Assembly: GCA_049674665.1 (NCBI GenBank)
Contig: JBATZM010000032.1
Span: 16,987 to 80,986, forward strand
Direction of reading: 5' to 3'
From: Terriglobales bacterium
GTDB taxonomy: Bacteria > Acidobacteriota > Terriglobia > Terriglobales > Acidobacteriaceae
DNA: 64,000 bases
Both the position numbers and the translations under genes were made by a program. The notes below the pieces were generated by a model. The model had not been told where the DNA came from and did not search any database. It worked only from the letters and a program-made list of their open reading frames with translations. This document shows, piece by piece, positions 8,987 through 17,773 of this stretch; the stretch's first letter is position 1, and every line of letters starts with the position of its first letter.

Positions 8987-10288
8987 ATGCGACTAATCCC
9001 GGCAAAGAGACTCGCGCTTCGGTGCGTCTTGCTAACCACGATTCTGGCGGCGGCTGCGTTCGCGCAATCCACACCCGCCGCCCACCACGACGTCGTGATC
9101 AAGAATGCCACCATAATGACCGTGACCCACGGCAACATTACGAATGGCTCCATCTATATCAAGGACGGCAAGATTGCCGCGGTCGGTGAAAATGTAAACG
9201 CGCCCTCGACCGCCATCATCATCGATGCCGAAGGAAAGTACTTGACTCCGGGCATCGTTGACTGCCACTCGCACATCGCGCTCGATGACGACGTCAACGA
9301 AGCCACCAGTCCCGTCACGCCACAGATGATGATGAAAGACGCCTTCGATTATCAGGACAAGGCCATCTACCGTGCGCTGGCTGGTGGCGTTACCACGTCA
9401 CTGCTGTTGCATGGCTCGGCCAACATGATCGGCGGCCAGGCAGTCGTTATCAAACACAAGTACGGCGACACTCGCGATGAGATGCTCTTCCCCAATGCGC
9501 CCGGATCGATCAAGTTCGCGAGCGGGGAGAATCCCAAGCGCGTCTACGGCAGCCGCGATCAGCTGCCTTCGACCCGCATGGGCAATTTTGCTGTCCAGCG
9601 CCAGGCCCTCGTGGAGGCGCAGGATTACATGCGCGAGTGGGACAACTATAACGAGAAGGTCAAGCGCGGCGATAAAGATGCCACGCCTCCCAAGCACGAC
9701 CTGAAGCTCGAAGCTCTCGCCGATGTTCTGCGCGGCAAGCTCATGGTGCAGATCCACATCTATCGCGCCGACGAAATGCTGACCGAAATCGCGATGGCAA
9801 AAGAATTCGGCTATAAGATTCGTGCCTTTCATCACGCGCTCGAAGCCTACAAAGTCTCCGACCAGATCGCGGCCAACAATATCGGCATTGCAACCTTCGC
9901 CGACTGGTGGGGCTATAAGACGGAAGCGTGGGACGCGATTCCCTGGAACGCCACAATGGCTATGCGCAAAGGCGTGCGCGTCGCGATCAAGAGCGACTCC
10001 GAGGATTACACCCGCCGCCTCAATCAGGAAGCCGCCAAGACCATTCGTTACGGCGGCGCCACCGAAGAAGAGGCCTTGAAGATGATCACGCTGAATCCAG
10101 CCTGGATCGTCGGCGTAGATGATCGCGTCGGTTCGATTGATGTCGGCAAAGATGCTGACCTCGTGATCTGGGACGGATATCCGCTGTCGACTACCGGTGC
10201 ACCGGAAAAAGTTCTGATCGATGGCGACGTCTACTTCGACCGCGCGCTACCGGGTCTAGGAACCACGCACTATACGGAGGGAGAATAA
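8987..10288 (+). CDS. secreted amidohydrolase family metallohydrolase
   Basis: Signal peptide, then the HxH motif in LTPGIVDCHSHIALDDD and the C-terminal GSIDVGKDADLVIWD typical of the amidohydrolase superfamily. Confidence 0.85.
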   Translation: MRLIPAKRLALRCVLLTTILAAAAFAQSTPAAHHDVVIKNATIMTVTHGNITNGSIYIKDGKIAAVGENVNAPSTAIIIDAEGKYLTPGIVDCHSHIALDDDVNEATSPVTPQMMMKDAFDYQDKAIYRALAGGVTTSLLLHGSANMIGGQAVVIKHKYGDTRDEMLFPNAPGSIKFASGENPKRVYGSRDQLPSTRMGNFAVQRQALVEAQDYMREWDNYNEKVKRGDKDATPPKHDLKLEALADVLRGKLMVQIHIYRADEMLTEIAMAKEFGYKIRAFHHALEAYKVSDQIAANNIGIATFADWWGYKTEAWDAIPWNATMAMRKGVRVAIKSDSEDYTRRLNQEAAKTIRYGGATEEEALKMITLNPAWIVGVDDRVGSIDVGKDADLVIWDGYPLSTTGAPEKVLIDGDVYFDRALPGLGTTHYTEGE

Positions 10289-11655
10289 TGCAACCGTCAG
10301 CCATCAGCAATCAGCAATCAGCTAAGCCCGTGTGGAGCGGGCGCCCTCGCCCGCTGCCTTTGACTTTGGTTTTGATTTTTGTCTTCTTGATGCTCTCAAC
10401 GTTTGGATTCACTCAGGACAAGCCCGTAGCCCTCAAAGGCGGCAAGTTGTTAACCGTCACTCACGGCGTGATTGAGAACGGCGTAATCGTCATGCAAGGC
10501 GGAAAGATCACTGCCGTCGGTGCGGCAAGCTCCGTCAATATCCCGAGCGGCGCGCAGATCATTGACGCAACCGGAATGACCATTTACCCCGGCCTGATCG
10601 ATTCCGAAACGCAGCTTGGCCTCACGGAAATCTCCGCTGAAAACATGACCAACGATCTGGTTGAGCTAAGCGACGAGATCATGCCGCACATGCACACTGC
10701 CGAGGCGTTTCACGCCGAGTCCGCCTTGATTCCAGTCGCGCGTCTGAACGGGATCACCAATGCCATTGTCGCGCCCGTGGATGGAGACACTCTGCCGGGT
10801 CAGGATTCTTTCATCCAACTCGAGGGAACCAACGCTACCGAGATGCTGCTGATCCGCGATAATGCCATGCCGCTCAATTTCACCGGCGATGAGCGCCGCA
10901 ACAAAGGTGGATTCGACAAGCGCAAATTCCCGTCTACGCGCATGGGACTGGCTGCACAGCTGCGCCAGGCTTTTATCGATGCTCAGGACTACAAAGCAAA
11001 ATTAGCCGACTACGACCGCAAGAAAGCCGACGCCGCGCAAAATAAGAAGCCCGAGCCGCTAGCTCCCAAGCGCGATCTCAAATTGGAAGCGCTAATCCCC
11101 TACCTGGAAGGCAAGAAAACGATCGTGCTTGCGGCCGAGAGCCCGAGCGATCTTCAAACTGCCGTCAGTCTCGCCAATGAGTTCAAGTTGAAGTTCGTAC
11201 TGAACCACATCGCGCATTCGCAGCCAGTCCTCGACTATGTGGCCAGCCTCAAGGTGCCAGTAATTGTCGGGCCCATCTACGAAGCTCCGAAAGAAGACGA
11301 ACGCTATGACGCGGTCTACAGTCTTCCGGCACAACTCTACAAACGAGGGGTCAAGATCGTCTTCGCGTCATATTCGGCGCATAACGTCCGCAACCTGCCC
11401 GATCAAGCTGGATTCGCAACCGCCTTCGGCCTTCCCTATGATGAGGCGCTCAAGGCCATCACCCTCAACGCCGCTGAAGTGTGGGGCGTCGCCGACCAAC
11501 TCGGCTCCCTCGATACCGGCAAAACCGCTAACGTAGTAATGGCGAATGGCGATCCGCTGGACGTGAAAACCGATGTAAAACAAGTCTTCATCCAAGGACG
11601 CGCGATTCCGATGACCAGCCGGCAGACCCAGCTGAGGGATGAATACTCGAAGTGA
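10288..11655 (+). CDS. amidohydrolase-like protein lacking the metal-binding HxH (probable non-catalytic paralogue)
   Basis: Paralogous to the preceding gene, but the HxH position reads IYPGLIDSETQLGLTEIS and the C-terminal motif reads GSLDTGKTANVVMANGDPL. The ATG overlaps the upstream stop (TAATG). The N-terminal 30 aa are encoded by repeat DNA; an alternative start is MLSTFGF (about 10390). Confidence 0.75.
   Translation: MQPSAISNQQSAKPVWSGRPRPLPLTLVLIFVFLMLSTFGFTQDKPVALKGGKLLTVTHGVIENGVIVMQGGKITAVGAASSVNIPSGAQIIDATGMTIYPGLIDSETQLGLTEISAENMTNDLVELSDEIMPHMHTAEAFHAESALIPVARLNGITNAIVAPVDGDTLPGQDSFIQLEGTNATEMLLIRDNAMPLNFTGDERRNKGGFDKRKFPSTRMGLAAQLRQAFIDAQDYKAKLADYDRKKADAAQNKKPEPLAPKRDLKLEALIPYLEGKKTIVLAAESPSDLQTAVSLANEFKLKFVLNHIAHSQPVLDYVASLKVPVIVGPIYEAPKEDERYDAVYSLPAQLYKRGVKIVFASYSAHNVRNLPDQAGFATAFGLPYDEALKAITLNAAEVWGVADQLGSLDTGKTANVVMANGDPLDVKTDVKQVFIQGRAIPMTSRQTQLRDEYSK
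10295..10326 (+). repeat. heptad tandem repeat inside a CDS
   Basis: CGTCAGC CATCAGC AATCAGC AATCAGC TAAG (encodes SAISNQQSAK). Confidence 0.8.
10330..10383 (+). repeat. family A repeat with TTGA-rich tail, inside a CDS
   Basis: GTGTGGAGCGGGCGCCCTCGCCCGC + TGCCTTTGACTTTGGTTTTGATTTTTGTC, encoding VWSGRPRPLPLTLVLIFV. Confidence 0.85.
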
Positions 11656-11700
11656 GGTGTCCGTCATGTGTCTGAGAGCGTTTGCGGATAGGAAACCAAG

Positions 11701-12282
11701 ATGACGTTCTTAACTCCCGAAGAGGTTCGCGAGTGGTGCGAAGCTCGGGGCTTGAAGGTCACCCCCGACCGTTTTGTTTACTATGACACCGAGCAGCTTT
11801 ACTGCTTCTCTGTCGGACTTGAAGACAAAGCTTCGAGCGTCATTGCTTTGGCGGACTATCTAGTGCCAACGTGGCCGGATGTTTCTTTTGGAGGAGCGCT
11901 CCTTTGGATCAGGCAGCAAGGTATCTGGGGCGACTTCTCTGAGACCACCGGAGCCGTGATCCTAGAGCAAATGCGCCTTGCGAAGGGCGAGACCGCACCT
12001 GTGAAAGAGCGCCCAGGGCATCTCTTTCGATCCGAAGAATTGTTCGAAATGCATTCCTATTTTGTATTGCCTCTGCTGTTCGGATGGGATGCCTTCTTGA
12101 TTCCTGAGGGGAAGGATTACCTTCTATTTGTCAGCCACGACGGCGTCGTAGGGGTAGTGAGCCGAACCCAAGAAAGTTACGACGAACTCTACCATCGGGT
12201 ACGCGATTGGAAACCGCGAGAAGAAAAGCATTGGTATTCCAAACATGTCTCGCCTAGCGAGCGGAAAGATTGCCGAGGTTAG
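11701..12282 (+). CDS. hypothetical protein
   Basis: 193-aa ORF with ATG start and no signal peptide. GC looks lower than the neighbours. No family recognised. Confidence 0.55.
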   Translation: MTFLTPEEVREWCEARGLKVTPDRFVYYDTEQLYCFSVGLEDKASSVIALADYLVPTWPDVSFGGALLWIRQQGIWGDFSETTGAVILEQMRLAKGETAPVKERPGHLFRSEELFEMHSYFVLPLLFGWDAFLIPEGKDYLLFVSHDGVVGVVSRTQESYDELYHRVRDWKPREEKHWYSKHVSPSERKDCRG

Positions 12283-12530
12283 CGACGCTCATGTTTGACC
12301 CCGCTCCCCGCCGCCAGTTAGGATTCGATAGTGATCTCCCCACACACCAGTTTTCTTCCAGTAGTTCCTTTGCATACTTTCCCGATCCCTTTTAGACTAC
12401 TGGTTTCGACTTCATTCGATCCATTGAGCAAGATGTGACCAACATGCAGTCGTAAATAAGTAAACGACAATCATTAAACGCCGGCCCGGAACCCGGACCC
12501 GCGATTCCCAGACTTGAAACGAGGAAAAAC

Positions 12531-12776
12531 ATGGCAGCCGTTGATGAAAAAGTGAAACAGATTATTGTCGAGCAGTTGGGTGTGGACGAGGGCGAGGTTA
12601 CGCCCAGCGCTTCATTCGTGGATGATCTGGGCGCTGATTCGCTCGACACCGTCGAGCTTGTGATGGCCTTCGAAGAGGCCTTCGATATCGAAATCCCCGA
12701 CGAGGATGCGGAGAAGATTCGTACCGTGTCGGATGCCGTCGACTACATCGGCAAGCACGCTAAGGCAGGCAAGTAA
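12531..12776 (+). CDS. acpP: acyl carrier protein
   Basis: [32 protein letters not shown] with the phosphopantetheine Ser in DSLD. Confidence 0.98.
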   Translation: MAAVDEKVKQIIVEQLGVDEGEVTPSASFVDDLGADSLDTVELVMAFEEAFDIEIPDEDAEKIRTVSDAVDYIGKHAKAGK

Positions 12777-12777
12777 T

Positions 12778-14025
12778 TTGGCAAGTGATTCGGCAAGACG
12801 AGTCGTCATTACCGGAATCGGCCTGATCTGCTCTGTGGGTAATACCACCGGAGCGGTGTGGCAGGCGCTGCTCGCAGGCAAGAGCGGCGTCGATCGCATT
12901 ACCCGGTTCGACGCTTCTGCCTATGCTTGTCAGATCGCCGCTGAAGTCCGCAACTTCGATCCCTTCCAATTCATCGAAAAAAAAGAAGTGAAGAAGATGG
13001 GCCGCTTCATTCACTTCGCCATCGCCGCCGCCGATGAAGCAATGAAGATGTCGGAGCTCAAAGTCACGCCGGAAAATGCCGAGAACGTCGGCGTGCATAT
13101 CGGCTCGGGCATCGGCGGATTCGATGTAATCGAACGTGAGCACTCCGCGCTAATTGAGGGCGGCCCGCGCAAGATCTCTCCTTTTTTTATTCCTGCCGCC
13201 ATCGTCAACCTTGCCGCCGGACACGTTTCCATGCGCTTCGGAGCCAAGGGTCCAAACGAAGCGACAGCCACGGCCTGCACCACCAGCGCCCATTCCATCG
13301 GCGATTCCTTCCGTATCATCCAGCACGGTGACGCCGACGTAATGATTGCCGGAGGCTCCGAAGCTGCGATCACTCCCATGGGCGTCGGTGGATTCGCCGC
13401 CATGCGCGCGCTCTCCACTCGCAATGACGATCCCGCGCGCGCCAGCCGTCCCTGGGACAAAGATCGCGACGGCTTCGTGATGGGCGAAGGTGCCGGCATC
13501 ATGGTTCTCGAAGAACTCGATCACGCACGCCGTCGCGGCGCTCCCATTCTGGCGGAGATCGTTGGCTACGGCATGTCTGCGGATGCTTATCACATGACGC
13601 AACCCGCTCCCGAGCACGAAGGCGGATTCCGCGTCATGCGCAATGCGTTACGTGACGCGAAACTCGATCCGAGTGTCGTCGGCTACCTCAATGCCCACGG
13701 AACTTCGACGCCCATCGGTGACACGCTCGAAGCACATGCCATCCGAAATTTATTTGGAAAGAAAGTCCCGGTCAGTTCCACCAAGTCGATGACCGGCCAT
13801 CTCCTCGGCGGAGCCGGCGGTTTAGAAGCGGGAGTAACGGTGCTGGCCCTGCGCGATCAGATTCTGCCGCCAACCATTAACCTCGAGAGTCAAGACCCGG
13901 AGACCGAAGGCATGGATTTCGTACCCAACCACGCGCGCAAAACTGGATTCGAATACGCCATGTCAAATTCATTCGGCTTTGGCGGCACGAACGGCGCCCT
14001 GCTGTTTCGCAGGTGGAAAGAATAA
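12778..14025 (+). CDS. fabF: 3-oxoacyl-ACP synthase II
   Basis: RRVVITGIGLICSVGN, active-site Cys in ATACTTSAHS, NAHGTSTPIGD, SMTGHLLGGAGG, SNSFGFGGTNGALLF. Start set to TTG 12778 just after the acpP stop; the track's 12706 start overlaps acpP. Confidence 0.95.
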   Translation: MASDSARRVVITGIGLICSVGNTTGAVWQALLAGKSGVDRITRFDASAYACQIAAEVRNFDPFQFIEKKEVKKMGRFIHFAIAAADEAMKMSELKVTPENAENVGVHIGSGIGGFDVIEREHSALIEGGPRKISPFFIPAAIVNLAAGHVSMRFGAKGPNEATATACTTSAHSIGDSFRIIQHGDADVMIAGGSEAAITPMGVGGFAAMRALSTRNDDPARASRPWDKDRDGFVMGEGAGIMVLEELDHARRRGAPILAEIVGYGMSADAYHMTQPAPEHEGGFRVMRNALRDAKLDPSVVGYLNAHGTSTPIGDTLEAHAIRNLFGKKVPVSSTKSMTGHLLGGAGGLEAGVTVLALRDQILPPTINLESQDPETEGMDFVPNHARKTGFEYAMSNSFGFGGTNGALLFRRWKE

Positions 14026-14059
14026 AAATTACAGATTCAGAAGTTCTTCACCTCTACAA

Positions 14060-14075
14060 TCTGACCTCTGACCTC
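14060..14075 (+). repeat. heptad tandem repeat
   Basis: TCTGACC TCTGACC TC, between fabF and the DsbA-like gene. Confidence 0.6.
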
Positions 14076-14077
14076 GC

Positions 14078-14668
14078 TTATTCCTTCTTCATCGCGTCGA
14101 TCATTACGTAGAGCTGGTTTGTGTCTTTCACCTCGACGTACGGCGTACTTCGCTTATTGCTCACGATCCAGATCGTCGGGGTGTGATCAATGTGTAAACT
14201 TATACCCAAATCTTTATCTGCTTTCACTAGCCCCGCGAGCTTGCCATCGGGATCGACCACAAACGGCAAACTGATCTTGTGTTCCGCGGCAAACTTCTCC
14301 TCAAATGCGCGAAGATTCTGCGGATTGATTTCCATCTGATGCGCGAACACAGTCTCGCGAAACTCGTTTCCAAGGTCTTTGGAATGCGTATCAAAGTAGC
14401 GTGCCATCACAGCGGCGTCAAACGACCAGTTATGCATCGGCAACGGGAAATCATGCTGCACCAGGGGAATCTTATACGTCCGCGAAGCCTGGGCCAGCAG
14501 CGGCGCGACTCGCCCACACTGTGGGCATTGCAGATCTTCGAAAACGACAATCGCCATCTGCGCGCCCTTCGGCGGCCGGAGAGCTTCCGGCACATCCTGC
14601 GCAAAAACCGGCAGGCAGAGCAGAACCAGTGACAACAGTAGACGCGGCAATAGCCTTTGAATCTTCAT
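14078..14668 (-). CDS. DsbA-family thiol:disulfide oxidoreductase (secreted)
   Basis: Signal peptide plus thioredoxin CxxC in VVFEDLQCPQCGRVAP. Confidence 0.8.
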   Translation of the reverse strand: MKIQRLLPRLLLSLVLLCLPVFAQDVPEALRPPKGAQMAIVVFEDLQCPQCGRVAPLLAQASRTYKIPLVQHDFPLPMHNWSFDAAVMARYFDTHSKDLGNEFRETVFAHQMEINPQNLRAFEEKFAAEHKISLPFVVDPDGKLAGLVKADKDLGISLHIDHTPTIWIVSNKRSTPYVEVKDTNQLYVMIDAMKKE

Positions 14669-14969
14669 AATTTTTATTCAGATGCATGTTGCAGTGAGAA
14701 TATACCTATGGTAACGGAACTCGGCCCGTTCGCGCACCTGAGGAGCCTCTCCGAAGTAATGATTCATTGACGGTTCATTGGCGCAAGATCGGGACGCAAG
14801 GTCGGGACGCAAAAACGGGTCGTTAAAAACCGGGCACAAACCGGCCCATAGCTACCGCCACTCACGCACGCAATTGCACGTTTGCCACCCACACCATTCA
14901 CCTGTACTGTTTCTTTTCTGCTTTTCGACCCGAAGTTCTGAAATAATCAGGCCCCGGAGGCTAAGCCTT

Positions 14970-16328
14970 ATGAAACAACTGCGATTCCTTGCTCTGTTTT
15001 GTCTTTTTGTGGGCACGCTGCCCACAATTTTCTACGGACAAACCAATCCCGATAATTCGACGGCGCCTGCCTCCACAACGGCCAGCAGTTCTTCGGAGTC
15101 AACGGAATCCAACGCGGCGCCTGCGCAGAGCACGATTGTCGAGTATGCGCCTCCTCCAGCGCAGTACGCTCGGGCTAAGACTTACTCAAACACCAAATAT
15201 CGCCACATCTTCATCGGCGCATTTTACGGATTCCTGGTGTTACTGGTTATTTTGCGATGGCGGATCGCACCCGCGTTTCGCAACCTGGCCGAACGCGTCT
15301 CGTCCAACCGCTTCGTGCAGCTGATTATCTTCGCTCCGCTGCTACTGCTGACGATTGCGATCATTGGAATTCCTTCCGATATATGGGATGAGTCGCTATC
15401 GCGCGCCTATGGGCTCTCCGTGCAAACCTGGACAGCGTGGACCCGTGACTGGATCTTGAACCAGGCCCTGATGCTGGTCGTGGGCACGCTTTTGGTTGGA
15501 ATCCTTTATTTCGTCATCCGGCGCAGCCCGCGGCGCTGGTGGTTCTACTTCTGGCTCGCTTCGATTCCTATTTTACTCATAATGTTTTTTCTGCAGCCGA
15601 TCGTCATCGATCCCTTGTTTTACACTTTCAAACCTCTCGCCAGCGTGCAGCCAGAACTAGTAACAGAGATGCAAAAAGTAGTTCATCGCGGCGGAATGGA
15701 AATCCCCGACGACCGCATGTTTGTAATGAATGCCAGCTCGAAGACAACCAGCCTGAACGCGTATGTCACCGGCTTCGGCGCATCGAAACGCGTCGTGGTT
15801 TGGGACAACACAATCGCCAAGGCCACCGTCCCGGAGACGCTTTTTGTCTTCGGACATGAGATGGGGCACTACGTTTTACACCACATCCCCAAAGAGATTG
15901 CCATCGACGCTACCATTCTGCTGTTCCTTTTGTATCTAGGCTACCGGCTGTCGAACGGGATGCTCGCGCGATGGGGTGCGCAGTGGGACATTCGCGATCT
16001 GCAAGATTGGGCGTCGCTGCCAGCCCTCATTTTCGTGATTACGCTGCTGGCATTCTTTGCGACTCCTGCATTCAACGGAGTAAGCCGCCATTTTGAACAC
16101 GAGGCCGACCGCTATGGCCTGGAAGTGATCCACGGAATTGTGCCGAACCCAAACCAGGTCGCTGCCCATTATTTCCAGAAGAGTGGCGAGAAAAATCTTT
16201 CCGATCCCGACCCGAATACGTTTATCAAAATTTGGTTCTTCGATCATCCGACGCGGCCGGAGCGAGTGCATTTCGTGGCCACGTACGATCCCTGGTCCCC
16301 AGGCAACACGCCTAAATATGTGAAATAG
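14970..16328 (+). CDS. M48 family zinc metallopeptidase (Ste24/HtpX-like, membrane)
   Basis: HExxH in FVFGHEMGHYVLHH, a downstream EHEADRYG, and several TM helices. Start set at ATG 14970 (MKQLRFLALF...); the upstream part of the track ORF is His/Arg-rich junk. Confidence 0.85.
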   Translation: MKQLRFLALFCLFVGTLPTIFYGQTNPDNSTAPASTTASSSSESTESNAAPAQSTIVEYAPPPAQYARAKTYSNTKYRHIFIGAFYGFLVLLVILRWRIAPAFRNLAERVSSNRFVQLIIFAPLLLLTIAIIGIPSDIWDESLSRAYGLSVQTWTAWTRDWILNQALMLVVGTLLVGILYFVIRRSPRRWWFYFWLASIPILLIMFFLQPIVIDPLFYTFKPLASVQPELVTEMQKVVHRGGMEIPDDRMFVMNASSKTTSLNAYVTGFGASKRVVVWDNTIAKATVPETLFVFGHEMGHYVLHHIPKEIAIDATILLFLLYLGYRLSNGMLARWGAQWDIRDLQDWASLPALIFVITLLAFFATPAFNGVSRHFEHEADRYGLEVIHGIVPNPNQVAAHYFQKSGEKNLSDPDPNTFIKIWFFDHPTRPERVHFVATYDPWSPGNTPKYVK

Positions 16329-16339
16329 ATCGACGAGCT

Positions 16340-17467
16340 TTATTTCAAGTCGGCGCCGGGCTCGAGGTTATAAAAATAAAAGAAACGCAGGCCGAGCATC
16401 TGGCCAGGAAATTCTTTCGGCAGCGGTGGGAAAGGTGTTGATGCGGTAATACTTCCCCACGCAGCGCGGTCGAGCGCCACGTCGCCCGACGAGGTATGGA
16501 CCACCATGCCGGTGGTTTTACCATCTTTGAGAATGACGAATTCGATCGAAAGCTTTCCCTGTTTCCTAATCGGCGGATACACCGACGGCGGCATGATGCT
16601 ATACCAGTTCTGGCGCACCACTTGCAGGACTCGCGTCAGATAAGGCCCGAAATCCACGCCCATCGTGTCGGTCAGGATTTCCGCCTGATCCAGCGCCTTG
16701 TAAGGGTTCCGGCCCTGACTCAATCCGTAATCGCCAGTGTCTCCAGCACCGTAGTGCCCACGGCTCTCGGCTGCGGCCCGTTCCGCTTGTTCGATCGCCG
16801 AGCCTGCCGTCATCGAAGTATTAAAATTCGGCTGCTGCGGCCGGTTCTGCGCGGGAGTTGGCAAACGTGGAGTTTGATCGCTCGGCTGCGGCGTGAATGC
16901 CTGTTGATTTTCCTGTGGCGGAGGTGGCGTCTGATTCTGCGCCACCTGATTCTGCGGCGGCTGACCTGTTGCCGGCGGAGCCTGCACGTGCTCGCCCGGC
17001 CGTCCCGGATGCGCGCTTTGCAGTAACTTCTTCAAATCTTCGTGATTAATTTGCGGCGCCTTACTGGTCGCAATGCGATCCTTATCCGAAATCGCTTTTG
17101 CATCGGGACGCCGCATCAATTTCTGCGCATCCGGCGGCAGCTCCAAAAATGTCGCGTCCTTCGATCGATTCGCATCCGCATTAGTCCCCAGATTCACCGC
17201 GCCATGCGGCAGCAGCATCATCAACTTCTCGCCGTTCCACAACAGAATGATTACCAGCAAGTGCAGAATGACGGACAGCCACAACGCCTCGCGCTTGCGT
17301 GTCCGCGACAGATCATCCTGCAACTGGATCAGAAGATGAGGAACATCGTCGGGATTGAAGCCTCGATAGGCCGTCTCCCAGTGCTGCGCTTCGAACAAAT
17401 CGCGCTGCTCCACCGGGTCGGAAGGAGGAGTGAGCGGATCGCGAGACGGAATTTGGGTAACCGGCAT
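16340..17467 (-). CDS. energy transducer TonB family protein
   Basis: N-terminal TM (ALWLSVILHLLVIILLW), a Pro/Gln-rich spacer, and a TonB C-terminal domain GKLSIEFVILKDGKTTGMVVHTSSGDVALDRAAWGSITASTPFPPLP. Confidence 0.8.
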   Translation of the reverse strand: MPVTQIPSRDPLTPPSDPVEQRDLFEAQHWETAYRGFNPDDVPHLLIQLQDDLSRTRKREALWLSVILHLLVIILLWNGEKLMMLLPHGAVNLGTNADANRSKDATFLELPPDAQKLMRRPDAKAISDKDRIATSKAPQINHEDLKKLLQSAHPGRPGEHVQAPPATGQPPQNQVAQNQTPPPPQENQQAFTPQPSDQTPRLPTPAQNRPQQPNFNTSMTAGSAIEQAERAAAESRGHYGAGDTGDYGLSQGRNPYKALDQAEILTDTMGVDFGPYLTRVLQVVRQNWYSIMPPSVYPPIRKQGKLSIEFVILKDGKTTGMVVHTSSGDVALDRAAWGSITASTPFPPLPKEFPGQMLGLRFFYFYNLEPGADLK

Positions 17468-17527
17468 CAGGCAGAGACTATACTGCTTAGAGACACGGCC
17501 AAGCTCCTTGGTTGCGTAAGATCACGC

Positions 17528-17555
17528 GCAAAGTTCCATCGTAAAGTTACGTAAA
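17528..17555 (+). promoter_or_regulatory. OmpR-family direct-repeat site matching the CpxR box GTAAA-N5-GTAAA
   Basis: GCAAAGTT(17528) ... GTAAAGTTAC GTAAAGTTAT (17541-17560). An exact GTAAA-N5-GTAAA lies at 17541-17555, in the divergent region between the tonB-like gene and the 17774 gene. Confidence 0.4.
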
Positions 17556-17773
17556 GTTATGGAGTTGTGACCGCTTTAATCTATTGTCGCATTTTTCGCG
17601 TTCGACGAGTGAGTACCTGAGTAATGCCGAGCAGCAGGACAATTCGCAACAGGACAATTGGCAATTTAAAAGACCGGATCACCGATTTGAATCTGTCTGC
17701 ATCAGAATTTTTTGTTGTTCGGTAGTTCTGCGGTCTTGTTCCAATCGTAAAATGTGTTTGGAGATCTAGTGTT

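Noticed and set aside
10295-10326. Heptad arrays (also 3061, 14060, 22667, 23088, 39767, 50962) as CRISPR-like arrays
   Set aside because: The period is only 7-8 nt, there are no unique spacers, and no cas genes are present. These are microsatellite-like tandem repeats, not CRISPR.
12452-12464. GTAAA-taa-GTAAA upstream of acpP as another CpxR-like box
   Set aside because: The spacing is N3 (8-bp period) rather than N5, so it does not fit the OmpR-family direct-repeat geometry.
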